DNA from: Octopus bimaculoides | Lineage: Eukaryota | DNA length: 58,588 nt | Direction: 5' to 3' | NCBI RefSeq assembly: GCF_001194135.2 | Contig: NC_069003.1 | Location: 34,219,677 to 34,278,264, forward strand | Shown: one piece after another, positions 22,987 to 36,500 of the stretch | How the letters are laid out: each line of letters opens with the position of its first letter | How positions within the stretch are numbered: position 1 is the stretch's first letter | Notes under the pieces: generated by a model | What the model was told of the DNA's origin: nothing | What the model saw: the letters and a program-made list of their open reading frames with translations, nothing else | Databases searched by the model: none | Program-made: the position numbers and the translations under genes

Positions 22987-23853
22987 TTAAAGCACCAAAA
23001 TATATACTGGCTAAAGTCCGGTACATTTTAATACTTTAGCATTTGAACTGACCATATGTGACCTAAAGTGTCCAACCTGTTTTGTGTTCAAACTGGCCTG
23101 ATTTGGCCTCTCACACCTACCTGGCAATAAATTCTAAAGCATAAACAATCACATTATCAAAATCACAAAGGTACGAGATAATGCATGATTAATTCGAAAC
23201 CATGTGAATGAATAAAGCATTAAATTTAAGAGAATACTCTGAACGCTAAAGGGTTAGGGGTTAAGGGTGGTTGTAGAACAAACAAAACGCCACGATCTGA
23301 TAAGCAAATGCAAATGTGAATTGGAGGTCCAACACCCACATGTTAGTCTTGAACAAATCTCAGGTGTAACTCAGTAACCCAATGTTGATATCACAGTCAT
23401 TCAGAACTAATACAAACTGTGTTACTAAATATTTTTATATGGATCTATTTCTCGACGAAATCGGGTGAATAGTTAAATATATATATCAACTATTGTTGTT
23501 AATATTTTGCTTGTATTATAACTGACACCATTTCAATGTATGACAATAGCTCGCCTACAAACATGACGTGTTAAATAGAGCTTCCAAATAGGCTGGGCGG
23601 TTTTTTTTTTTTCATTTATTTTTTTTTTTACATTGCTTAGAGAAAAAAAAAAAGAAATGAATAGGAATGCGATCGCCCACGGCTGTTATGGTAACCAGAG
23701 GCTGTGAGTAACAAGGGACACATACTCTGATGACAACAAAAATTACATGTGTGCCTGCGTTTGACCCCTGCAACTGCTTGGCAACTAGTGTTGGTTTGTT
23801 TACATCTCCATAACTTAGTGGTAGGTTCAGCAAAAGCGACCAGAAAGAAAAAG

Positions 23854-24001
23854 GGTAAATTTACAGATTAACACCCGCACAATTTTCACTAGTGTGTTAG
23901 GGTTAAGGTTAGTGTTTTAGGGTTACGGTTAGGGTTAGGGACAGAATTCCCACCCTAACACCCTAGTAAAAATCGTGCAGGTGTTAATCTGAAAATTTAC
24001 C
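23854..24001. mobile_element. 148-bp foldback MITE with internal TTAGGG-like repeats (Merlin-like termini)
   Basis: 49-bp TIRs (44/49 identical) starting GGTAA; 8-bp TSD AGAAAAAG at 23846-23853 and 24002-24009; interrupts a SINE tail. Confidence 0.8.
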
Positions 24002-26033
24002 AGAAAAAGTACCAGGCTTTAAAAAATAAGTCCTGGGAGGNNNNNNNNNNNNNNNNNNNNNNNNNNNNNNNNNNNNNNNNNNNNNNNNNNNNNNNNNNNN
24101 NNNNNNNNNNNNNNNTGGCCACAGTCTAACGACTGAAACAAGTAACAGATAGAAGATAAAGAATATAAAATATAACTGTTTTTTTTACAGTGATATCAAT
24201 GACTTGGCCAATTTTTCAGAGTTTTGCAGCAGTACATCACTTAGTAATTCATAAAGCAATTCACACTACAAAGATGGGAGATCTTCATTTATAGGCTGAA
24301 GATTTGATTTTAATCTGGACACAACACTTAAATCACGGCCTACCATTCTGTGGCGCTCCATCTGTGGCCAAACTCGCCATCTGTCGCCAGTTTAATGTTT
24401 AATTCATCTCAAGAGATTAGCAAAGATTGAAATATTTCTTTCTTCCGCTGTTGTTTTGGTCTTTCAAAAGTACAAGTCCAGTAAAGTCTTCTCTTAACGC
24501 TTCAAATGAAAATGTTAAACAGCACCATATCGGTATTCTGCCAGTTCACCGCCTTAAATGATGTCTGATATTATTACTAATATTACAATCGTTTATTACT
24601 TGCTTCTTCATCATCATCATCATTATTGTACTCATCACCATCATTATCATCACCACCATCATTGTCATCATCATGATCATGATCATCACCACCACCACCA
24701 TCATGATCATCACCACCACCATCATGATCATCATCATCGTCACCATCATCATCGTCGTCGTCGTCATCATAATATTTATACTGTCTCCAACATATCTCGG
24801 TATAAGCTAAACTGACATGCTGACTAACTAAACAATGACCTATATACATTTTTAATTATTACCGCTTCATCAACAGGTAGCTTGATTCCAGGTTTGAATT
24901 ATACAAGTCAATGATGCAATGATGCAGGCAGCCAGCATAATGCAGTAAGAGATGGAGATTCTTGTGATCAGCATCTCTATCTCCTCATCAATACTTTTCT
25001 CACCAAGATCAATGATCAATTCTTCAAGCATTAAATACTCTTCTCACACATATATACATCATACACATATATATTTGCACACAAAAATGCACACACACGT
25101 GTGTGTGTGTGTGTATGTAAATATATTAATACAACATATGTACGTGCATATGAATGATATTAAATAAATGACAAAAGAACAGGAGTTATGTAATCACATT
25201 CATTAGCTTACAGCTGTTTCTGCTACAAGGACCTATGCTCCAGAACTGAGTGCCAGAGGGTTGTTATTGTTTCATCAGTGTTTCTATACTGAGGAAAACA
25301 AAAATTCAAATATACAGCTGCACACACAGAGGCACACACACACATATATACATGGACATACATATACATATACATAAACACATAAAGATACACAAGCACA
25401 CACAGATGCATGTTCACAGCTATATCGATAAACAGATACTCCTTGGTTTACAACATGTCACATGTCAGTTGGTGGTGTAGGTCTTAAAAATGAAGTGATA
25501 AGCTGTTTCGTGTCGAGCCAGAATCTGAGAAATTTACAATTCAGATACGGATGGCTGAGCACACAGCGCTATTAATATGGGAATTGGCAGCATCACCAAG
25601 ACAGAGATAAACATCTGCATATGAAGATGTACACAGACGTAGAGAGCTAAGATGTACATACACATCAACATATACATAATTACATGCATACACACACACA
25701 CACACACACACACGCATATATATGTATGTACAACAATGCATACGCATGACACGCTCACGTACCGATACCTACATATTCTTTCGTTTGACTGTGGCCATGC
25801 TGGAGCACCACCTTTAGTCAAACAAATCGACCCCATGACTCATTGTTTGTAAGCCTAGTATTTATTTTGTTAATATCTTTTGCCGAATCGCTAAGTTATG
25901 GGGACGTAGACACACCAACATCGGTTGTCAAGCGACAGTAGGGGGGGGGGGGNNNNNNNNNNNNNNNNNNNNNNNNNNNNNNNNNNNNNNNNNNNNNNNN
26001 NNNNNNNNNNNNNNNNNNNNNNNNNNNNNNNNN

Positions 26034-26080
<47 letters not shown>

Positions 26081-26809
26081 GCACACACATATATATATTC
26101 GATGGGTTTCTTTCAGTTTCTGTCTACCAAATCCATTCACAAGGCTTTGGTCGGCCCGAGGCTATAGAAGAAGACACTTGTCCAAGGTGCTACACAGTGG
26201 GACTGAACCAGGAACCATGTGGTCGGGAAGCAAGGAAGAAGATGAGACGATGACCACAGGTCAGATGTTAGTGGGAGGAAGGAGAAAAGTGGGAGAGAGC
26301 AGAGAGAGAAGGCAAAAGAAGGTGAGAGAGAGAGAGAGAGAAAGGGAGGAAGAGATGTCATATGGAAATATGGAACTATTTACCTGTAAACAAATTTAGC
26401 AACCCTACGTGATGATCCATTTAAATAAGTTAAAAACATATTATAATAAATGTACAAACGAGAAACAAACACAGAAGGTCACCAACTCCTCGTTAGTTAT
26501 TGGTCAGAGGGTCAAACGCAATCCGCACCTTAATTAAATTAGCTTTATTGTTTACAGACATCATACAATTACGTTTTTCTTTTATCTGTCATTTGACTGT
26601 GGCCATGCTGGAGCACTGCCTTTAGCCGAGCAAATCAACCCCAGGACTTATTCTTTGTAAGCTTAGTACTTATTGTATCGGACTCTTTGGCTGAACCGCG
26701 AAGTCACAGGGATGTAAACACACCAACATCAGTTGTCTAAGCAATGGTGGGGGAACAATCACAGGCACACAAACACAGACACGCATAAACATATATATAT
26801 ATATATATA

Positions 26810-27050
26810 TATATAGAAAAAAATTTTAATTAAGGTACTCAGAAACCTGGATGTTTGTACATTTACAGATTTTTATTAATGTCACATATTAAATAAAGCG
26901 CTTTTCACCTAGTCGTGTAGGTTTTTCAAATTGAAAAACCTACACGACTAGGTGAAAAGCGCTTCATTTAATATGTGACATTAATAAAAATCTGTAAATG
27001 TACAAACATCCAGGTTTCTGAGTACCTTAATTAAAATTTTTTTCTATATA
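26810..27050. repeat. 241-bp near-perfect palindrome (120-bp arms, 1-nt spacer, 1 mismatch)
   Basis: 26810-26929 is the reverse complement of 26931-27050, centred on A26930. Confidence 0.95.
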
Positions 27051-28353
27051 ATTTCTGTACATCACCTCCAAACCAGGCTTCTTTCAGTTTCTGTCTACCA
27101 AATCCACTCCTAAGGCTTTGGTCGGCCCGAGGTTATAGTAGATGACACTTGCCCCCAGGGTGCCATGCAGTGGGACTGAACCTGGAATATGTGGTCAGAA
27201 AGCAGGCTACTTACCACACAGCACTCCTGTGGCGAAATTCTTTTCTCTTTATATCTGACCCAAGCTAAAGCTTCGTTATAGAAATTAGCAAAGTGAAACC
27301 AAACAAAAGCCACATGATTATGAAGCAAACTTTTTAATCCTTAAACTGCAACATTAAATCTCGTGGTTATTCCAGTAATGATGTTAAAAATCTACCAAAA
27401 GAAAATAGAAATGGTATTTCCTGCAAGTCATGTGGACTCAATAAATTTGAAATCTTTCAACCAAAAATAGCTTTAAACATGACATTCCTCAACAAAAAAT
27501 GGATTTGGTTATAAAACTACTTTTCTGCAGTTAGGGGTAATGGAATTTTAAGTGGACATATCTGATTTCCACTGTAAAAGGAAAATGGAAGTTTGAGTGG
27601 ATATGTCTACTATCCACAAATGGAATTTGGGGTGGATATATCTGATTTTTGCAGTAAAAGAGTAATGATAAAATTTTGAGACTGGCTTCTGTGCCAGTGG
27701 CACGTAAAAAGCACCTACGACACTCACAGAGTGGTCGGCGTTAGGAAGGGCATCCAGCTGTAGAAACACTGCTAGATCAGACAGGAGCCTGGTGCAGCCT
27801 CCTGGCTTCCCAGACCCCGGTCGAACCATACATTAATTTTATAAGAATATAAATAAAACATAAAAAACAGACAGAGTTGGAACTCTTTTAAATAATATAT
27901 TCCTCTATACACTATCATACAAACCCCTTTTTATATATATATATATATNNNNNNNNNNNNNNNNNNNNNNNNNNNNNNNNNNNNNNNNNNNNNNNNNNNN
28001 NNNNNNNNNNNNNNNNNNNNNNNNNNNNNNNNNNNNNNNNNNNNNNNNNNNNNNNNNNNNNNNNNNNNNNNNNNNNNNNNNNNNNNNNNNNNNNNNNNNN
28101 NNNNNNNNNNNNNNNNNNNNNNNNNNNNNNNNNNNNNNNNNNNNNNNNNNNNNNNNNNNNNNNNNNNNNNNNNNNNNNNNNNNNNNNNNNNNNNNNNNNN
28201 NNNNNNNNNNNNNNNNNNNNNNNNNNNNNNNNNNNNNNNNNNNNNNNNNNNNNNNNNNNNNNNNNNNNNNNNNNNNNNNNNNNNNNNNNNNNNNNNNNNN
28301 NNNNNNNNNNNNNNNNNNNNNNNNNNNNNNNNNTATATATATATATATATATA

Positions 28354-28401
<48 letters not shown>

Positions 28402-29253
28402 CACACATACATACAAATACACGTGTGTCCGTGTATGTAATGCATGTATGTAAATTATGTAAATGGATCTCCGTCAGTTTCAACGATGAGTACTCCAGTT
28501 ATTCAATCAGCTAAATTGCCTACTCATTGAATTTTAGTGAAAGTGGCTGGGTATCTCACCCTTTGTGCATTGTATGACAAGGCTTCCACACAGTTTCCAT
28601 CGAACCAAATTCATTTATGAATATCTGAGTTGACTCCAGGTAAATGTAGAAGACGCTAGCCTAAGACGGGCAGGCTGCGGGGATCGAAAACGGGACCTCG
28701 TAATTGCGATACAAACTTCTTAACCACTCGGTCCAGCCTGCATCCAACACACAAACATCTTATCAGGCAATCTTCGGTATTGAAAGACAACATCATTCGC
28801 CTATGCCACTTCCTTCCCCTCATGACATAAATAAAGAGGCTAGGCTGGAAAAATGGGTGAATGACACTCCGGAGACCAATACCGAAGGATGACCATCTAT
28901 CCGCCTAAGCTCTCTCGGTTGTTTGTTTACGAGCGTTGCTTCCTTGACACTTATAACGAAACAATGCAAACGGGGTCGGTTCCACAGACTAAAACGCTTC
29001 AAGGTGGTGCCCCAGCATGACAGTCACAGTCCAAGGACAGAAAAAAGTAAAAATAATAAATAAATAAAATAAAAGATACATGCACACACATATATACGTT
29101 CTTCGTTCAAATTCCGCCGAGGTCGATTTTGCCTTACATCCTTTTGGGAACGATAAATTAACTACCAGTGAAACACTGGAGTCGATGCAATCGACATAAC
29201 CCCTCCTCCAAAAATTTCAGGCCTTGTGCCTATAGCAGAAAGGATCATTATTA

Positions 29254-29291
<38 letters not shown>

Positions 29292-29497
29292 GGGGTTCTT
29301 AAATCTAGACGCAAAACAGCCAGGCAACAACTTTGCGTTTGTTTCGATTATTTTTTTCTTCTCTATTATTAAACAAAATGTAATCAGTACAAACGAAGGA
29401 CATTTGCTATGGAGTGTAATACGTGTTAACTAACTGCACCAACAACCCTGGCTATATATNNNNNNNNNNNNNNNNNNNNNNNNNNNNNNNNNNNNNN

Positions 29498-29558
<61 letters not shown>

Positions 29559-30125
29559 ACGTGTGTGTGTCTAAAAAGATATAGTCTTCGTCCATTTGTC
29601 CCTCTAGGAAACATACGTTTGGATTGTTTGGGGGATGCTGGAGACGAGGAAGTGTTTCACGAGAAACAACAGCTAGCAATTCTCACACCCACAGGAGACA
29701 ACCCCACCATCCTGGATGAACCAAAAGCCAAAAAGAGAAAAAAAAAATGAAAAATGCTCTCGTCTAGACAGTCGGTTTGTGGCGTTGATTTAGATCGATT
29801 TGTCTAGCCTTGGAGCAAAGAGCAATAACGATAGCTTTTCTCAGCATATACATACATATATATATATGTATATGTATATATATTTATATATACTCCCACA
29901 TTGGTTGGTAGAGGTCTATTTAGAAAAGGAAATGATAACAGAAGAGGGGGGTGGAGTTTGAACAGGGGTGGGTTAGTTGGCTGCTTATCCTGAAAAACAC
30001 TGACGCACGAATTAAATTAAATTAAATTAGGAATTAGAATTGCAGACAAAAAACAAACAAACAACAAAATCCGAATGAAACGAGATCGGAAATAAACAAC
30101 AAAAAACGGAGAGTGATACTCTTAC

Positions 30126-30173
30126 TTGATGTTGATGGTGGTTGTGGTGGTGGAGATGATGAAACTAAACCAA
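30126..30173 (-). other. Putative 48-nt upstream (probably 5' UTR) exon of the DUF3504-BTB gene
   Basis: Acceptor atattttaaag| and donor CAA|gtaaga on the minus strand. Confidence 0.4.
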
Positions 30174-30808
30174 CTTTAAAATATATATATTACATCTAGA
30201 TCCACGAAATAGCTTAAATTGCAATATACATTTCACAAAATCAACAAATATATACACAATGTAATATATACGTATATACATATATATGAGTGTCTGTGTA
30301 TATATACATATCCTATATATATATATNNNNNNNNNNNNNNNNNNNNNNNNNNNNNNNNNNNNNNNNNNNNNNNNNNNNNNNNNNNNNNNNNNNNNNNNNN
30401 NNNNNNNNNNNNNNNNNNNNNNNNNNNNNNNNNNNNNNNNNNNNNNNNNNNNNNNNNNNNNNNNNNNNNNNNNNNNNNNNNNNNNNNNNNNNNNNNNNNN
30501 NNNNNNNNNNNNNNNNNNNNNNNNNNNNNNNNNNNNNNNNNNNNNNNNNNNNNNNNNNNNNNNNNNNNNNNNNNNNNNNNNNNNNNNNNNNNNNNNNNNN
30601 NNNNNNNNNNNNNNNNNNNNNNNNNNNNNNNNNNNNNNNNNNNNNNNNNNNNNNNNNNNNNNNNNNNNNNNNNNNNNNNNNNCTGTTTCCAAAGACAGCA
30701 TCAAAACAACGATGGCAGAGCAGACACGTTTGTTATATGTCGTGGTCTGACCATGAAAACTGTTACAGAAATAAGGCGTACGACACAAGAATGATCGTGT
30801 GTGTGTGT

Positions 30809-30856
<48 letters not shown>

Positions 30857-31031
30857 TATATATATATATTTGTGCATATATATATGTATAGACGTGTGTG
30901 TGTTTATGTGGTTGGAGTGGGGATTGTTATACACTACAGAAAAGATACTTGTGTAAACAGATCGGATTGTAGGTTGTGTGTTTGTGCATGCATATAAATA
31001 CATATATATTTGTGCATATATATGTGTGTAT

Positions 31032-31080
<49 letters not shown>

Positions 31081-31143
31081 GATGCATATCAGACAGACAG
31101 ACAGATAGATGGATAGACATGTGTGTGTGTATATATATATATA

Positions 31144-31178
<35 letters not shown>

Positions 31179-31332
31179 GCACACACACAAGCGAACGCAG
31201 AGATCAATGAGCCCAATTAGAGATGTAAGTTATGAAAATTTCGATTCCCATTTTAAAAAAAAAGGAAAAATACAAGATGAATAAAAACCACAACAATAAC
31301 AACAAAAACTAAACCAAAATAACATAATAATA

Positions 31333-31369
<37 letters not shown>

Positions 31370-31374
31370 CTCAC

Positions 31375-31560
31375 CTCGATCAAGGCGTCCAAAAGCGAGA
31401 AAGAAACAACGAAGCCGTATCGATATATGATTATATATAAATAAAGGATCAGCCGAATGTTTCCACTCTGTTTTTATTTCGAAGACACGTTTAGATGACT
31501 TTTTTTACTCTTATTTCCATTTCATTGTTGCAATTGTTGGTGGTTAGAGAAACATTGCCG
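31375..31560 (-). other. Putative first (non-coding) exon of the DUF3504-BTB gene; 5' boundary uncertain
   Basis: Consensus donor GAG|gtgagt at 31374, locally CpG-retaining sequence, and CCAAT boxes just upstream. Confidence 0.5.
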
Positions 31561-31586
31561 TGTAGCCTCATAACAAATTGCACACG

Positions 31587-31619
31587 ATTGGATACTCGTG
31601 TACAATTCAGCCAATCGGA
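31587..31619. promoter_or_regulatory. Pair of oppositely oriented CCAAT (NF-Y-type) boxes
   Basis: ATTGG at 31587-31591 and AGCCAATCGG at 31609-31618, 5' of the minus-strand donor at 31374. Confidence 0.45.
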
Positions 31620-32019
31620 TGGCCTCTTATATTAAACATTCTACCCCTCCCTCAAATCTTGTTTGTTTTTTTCATTTATTTTTTTAAATGTTGAGAGGAC
31701 GATTCTTCCTGGTCTTTCTTCTTTGCGTTTTTTGCTGTAGATTTTTGTCCCTTTCTTTTTTGTTATCACTGTTGTTGTTTTTTCAACTCTTTGTAATGTT
31801 GCTAGTACTTTTTGACTGTGTTTACTTATTTTTTTTATTTATTTGTTGATTTTTTTTTTGATAACTACTTCGTTTACAAATATTTCAGTTTATTGTTTTT
31901 TTCACAGCCCATCCCACTTCTAAATTCTAACTAACCACTACTACCACTAATATCATCAGTTGTCACAAATGTCTGGTCTCACCCTCTCTTGGTAATCTTT
32001 CTTGACGATCTCTCATTCA

Positions 32020-33000
32020 TAACTGTGAACCAAGGGCTATACCTCTTCAAAGCTAGAAAGTACTCCAGCACCAAGCAGCGACTCATTCTGTACAAATCTC
32101 AAGCGTGACCCACAATGAACTACTGCTTGTATGTATGAGCCGTCCATCCATCCTACCGTGCTGCTTGCATAGATTCCTGTGAGCCTCTGTCATCACCTAA
32201 TTGTATTATATTTGAATTGGAAGCTTGAGTCAACGAATAGATCTTTCGCTAGCTGATTGCACAATCATGGACGCTGCCCCTGTAGATGTGTTGCAGTTAC
32301 TCTCTTGGTAGAAGCTGTGGTGTGTGCGTACGAGTAGATGTAATCGCCTTACCTCGACTGCGAGTCTGTCTTGCGGTATCCAATCCTTGAAGCTTGCCCC
32401 GACCCAAAGTACACCGGGAACAGCAGCTGCCTCTCCCAAACCCAGACCGTCGCTTAACACGTCTTGTCCTGACCACAACCCCGTTCGAAAAGGGCACGAA
32501 TCCCGATCGAGGCTCCCTCTGCCCTTTTTCCCCTTCCGGTCAGCCTCCCCAGACACTGACGTCATACCACAGAAGCTTAGTGATCTAAGATTCCTCCACT
32601 CAGCATCAATGTAAGAAGTATTGTTGACTAAGATGAGCTCTGCTTCTACTTTATCACAATATGTCATACTGCAGTCACATGACTTCGCCACACCCCTGGT
32701 AGGGTGGCTGAACAGGTGCTATGCTTTGCCGAAGGGCAACCAATCACTATGCAGGGTATGGTTATCACTCCATGAGGTATCTTCTAAATACCTGCTGGTG
32801 CTATGGGTACACACAAACGTCCTTTGTGGCATTCAAAAGAAAGCCATCCATCTAGCTGATGGATAGCTTCTTTTCAATACCATCAAAATGGTTGCATTGC
32901 CCAGCTGGTAGAGGACTATGAGGACCTGGCCCAAGATTGCAGTTCTGTCAAAGAAATGTGATGCAAGAAAAGTATGCATGACAAAGAGCAACCAAATCTT
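32020..33000 (+). mobile_element. Decayed CR1/L2-group LINE ORF2 C-terminal fragments
   Basis: LFKARKYSSTKQRLILYKSQA*PTMNYCLYV* from 32043 resembles the LYKAQVRPxMEYC motif; GIQKKAIHL near 32830; multiple stops; locally higher GC. Confidence 0.6.
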
Positions 33001-35026
33001 ACCATCTTGGAATATCCGCAGATGTACAGTGAATTTACATCTCAGATCTCCTTTGACCAGAGTTGAGCATCTGCTTTTTTTTTTGTGGAAAGGACATCTG
33101 TTGGTCAGCCAGTCCATCTGTTGCACACTCTATACCAGTGGTTTTCAACCATTTTATGCCCATCGGCCCCTTTGGTTCCTATTTTATTCTACTGGACCTC
33201 CATAGCCATTTGAGATATATAAAAATCTTAGTCGTTAGCATGCCAGGCAAAATGCTTTCTTTTCTCCTCTCTTATCTTTTACTTGTTTCATTCATTAGAC
33301 TGCAGCCATGCTGGGGCATCACCTTGAAGAATTCTTAGTTGAATGTTAGGTGTTAGGAAGCCAGGAGGCTACACCAGGTTCCAATCTGATCTGGCAATGT
33401 TTCTACAGCTGAATGCCCTTCCTAACACCAACCATTCCAAGAGTGTAGTGGGTGCTTTTTACATGCCACTGGCACAGGAGCCAGTCAGGTGTGCCTGGCA
33501 TTGATCACATTCGGATAGTGCTTTTCATATGCCACCGGCACAGGGGCTAGTCAGGGGGTACTGGCATCATCCACGTTCGGATGGTGCTTTTTACGTGCCA
33601 TTGGCACAAGATCCAGTCAGGGGTTACTGGCATCAGCCACGTTCGGATGGTGCATGTTGTTGTTGATGTTGTTGAAACAAGAGATGAGAATAAACTTCAG
33701 AAATTCCAGTCTGCTGAGCCAACCAACCAAAAAGTCCAAACCAAGGATGGCATCTCTTTGGTCAATCAATATACTAGATATAGCAGCCAAATCTCTCTAA
33801 GAACAACAATGAAGGACATCAGTTTCGATGATGATTATTTACTTATTCAATCAGTTGAATTACTTTCTGGTTGAATTCTTGTCTTAGTGGCTGAGTACTC
33901 CAGAGACATATGTAATCCTGAAGCAGAATCAGGGCGACAAAATGTGCAACAAGGCTGGACCTTTGAATTCCAGATATAATCCATATGACAGGCTTCCATA
34001 TAGTTTCCATCTGTCCAGTTTCATAAAAGGTTTGGTTTGATCTGAGGTTACGGTAAAGATGCTTGCCCAAGGGTGTCATGTAATCACTAGGTCCCAGGAT
34101 CAAATCAGGGATGTAAGGATTGTGAAGTGAACATTTTAATCATTCGCCCATGCTGCATCCAAAAACTGGGCACTCCACCGGTTATGATGAAGAGGGTTCC
34201 AGTCGATCAGATCAATGGAACAGCCTGCTCGTGAAATTAACGTGCAAGTGGCTGAGCACTCCACAGACACGTGTACCCTTAATGTAGTTCTCGGGGAGAT
34301 TCAGCGTGACACAGAGTGGTAAGTAACTTGCTTACCAACATCATGGTTCTGGGTTCAGTCCCACTGCATGGCACCTTGGGCAAGTGTGGTCATTGATCAA
34401 TTTTGCTTCTGCAAAACTCACCAGAAAAATGCTTATTTTTTTTCAATAAAATTTTCAACAAACACCTTTCAGATTGGTGTAGGTTGATGAGTATATCGAA
34501 ATCAAACGTGAAACAATTATAATAATGATAGGTGGACACATCACATATATATGTAACAAATTGGAACCTGAATTTCTGAAAGTAACCATGTGATGTGTGT
34601 CAGTGGGTATGTGTACGCGCTCAGTAACTTTTTGGGGTTTTTTAAAATATTAATTTCCGATATAATGGTAATCTACACCATCTAAAAGATATTTGTAGAA
34701 AAAATCGTAATAAAATATATCCATTTTTCTGAAAGTTATGAGGAAACAAAGTCTATGGGGAAAGGCACACTTGTGTAGGTGTGCCCCGATATTTTCTTTA
34801 CGTTAGTTAACCCAAAAGACTTCTATTGAGAAAAAAAAAAAGTTAAGTTGATTTGAACAGTAACATTGACCTCTAAAAAAAAAAAAGAAAAGAGAGAGAG
34901 AAGGAAAAGAAAAGAGAGAGAGAGGGAAAAGAAAAACTGGCAGCCAAAGATTTCATCTCTTTTTCTTTTCTTGTCCGCCCCCACAATCCCATTTACACCT
35001 TCATCTCAGCTTCAACATTGCCGAAC

Positions 35027-35340
35027 ATTTCCGGACAGCTCCGATGTTCTACGAACGGTTCCGGCTTTACTCGAGTGGCCTGACGAGAACGAGGTTTTTA
35101 TCCGGGTACTGTTGAACGCTTTTTTACAAGATGGCAGCTTGCTCCTGAAATTCGAGGTTGTTTTTTTTTTTCCCACAACACTTGAAAGTGTGTGTCCTTT
35201 TTTTGTTGCTTCACCTTCCCTGCCGATCAACATCACTGCTGCACCATGGTGTCCTATTACCAATAAGACGACTACGGGGGAAACGCACATCTTCTCTGTT
35301 TTCAGCCACTTCGCTTTTCTTCCCTTTGCCAGTGAAAGGT
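35027..35340 (+). promoter_or_regulatory. Promoter-like CpG-retaining segment and candidate non-coding first exon (possibly of HUWE1)
   Basis: ETS-type TTTCCGG/TTCCGG, YY1-type CAAGATGGCAGC at 35127-35138 in sense orientation, and donor AAG|gtaaaa at 35339. Linkage to HUWE1 is inferred. Confidence 0.35.
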
Positions 35341-36469
35341 AAAAACCTGTTCAGATCTTTTCAGCCAAATTGCGACTTGCTTTCTAATGTACGATATCTC
35401 ACCTAAATATACACAAATATCCCTACCTTTATCCCTCCATAAAACACATATATACATCCTTGGTTCATTAACCTTCATAATATCCATTTATCCACCAATA
35501 TACACATATATTTATCCATTTCTAGGCCTTCTATTTAATTGCTGTGATGCCCCCTTCTTTTACAAATCTTTGTTTCACCATGTTTATCTAGAATCTTCTC
35601 TTAGATATATCTCCGCTCTGCTTTCTCATCTAACAGACAATACCTTGTTTTATGATAATATTCAGCATACATAAATATACTTCTGGCTATACGTATTCAC
35701 AGATATATAATATATACACATATACATCTTCATATGTGATTGAGAAAAGTATATATATCTCCCATTCGCATCTCTCTCTCTTATATTTTCCCTCTTATCC
35801 TCTTTCTAGTGTATATATATATATCTATCTATATATATATATGTGTGTAAATCTATATTTATATAAAGGAATATCTACATTAAGCTTGTTCCTTTCCTTT
35901 CTCAACTCTCCTCTCTCTCTGTATATCGATCCCCCTCTCTATTTCCTTATTGTCTATCACTTCTCTCCCCCCTCATTCTCTCTGTCTTCAATGTGTAAGA
36001 GTCATGTTTCTTTCTCCTTTGTGTCTGTGTCGCTCGCTCTCATATTTAACACACACACACACACACACACACAAATATACTTATATATATATATGTATAT
36101 ATACAAATGTGTATAAACTAAAAACAGAATTCATGTAAAAAGAAAAAGATATATATAGCTACTTTAAATGAAAATCTTGTGAGAATGGCCTTCACATTTT
36201 CGTATTTTATGCGGTGCATTTTCGTTGCTAACTCTAGTATGTATTCGGCGTGTGTGTGTGTATTATATATATAATATATATATATATAATATAATATAAT
36301 ATATAATATAATATAATATATAATATAATATGTGTGTGTGTGTATGTAGATATACACTTGTAATTAATGTGTACATGTTCCTCTAACTCTGAATCAGTGT
36401 ATACAGTTAGACTTCAATTTTATATTTCTGCTATATATTTTCTGATCAACATTCTTATTAACCAGTCTC

Positions 36470-36500
<31 letters not shown>

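Noticed and set aside
25538-25614. Possible minus-strand UTR exon (ag|ATGTTTATC...GAATT|gtaaat)
   Set aside because: Weak donor and no independent support.
32230-32691. 153-aa minus-strand ORF in a GC-richer patch
   Set aside because: It is antisense to decayed CR1/L2-type LINE remnants and has no recognisable domain.
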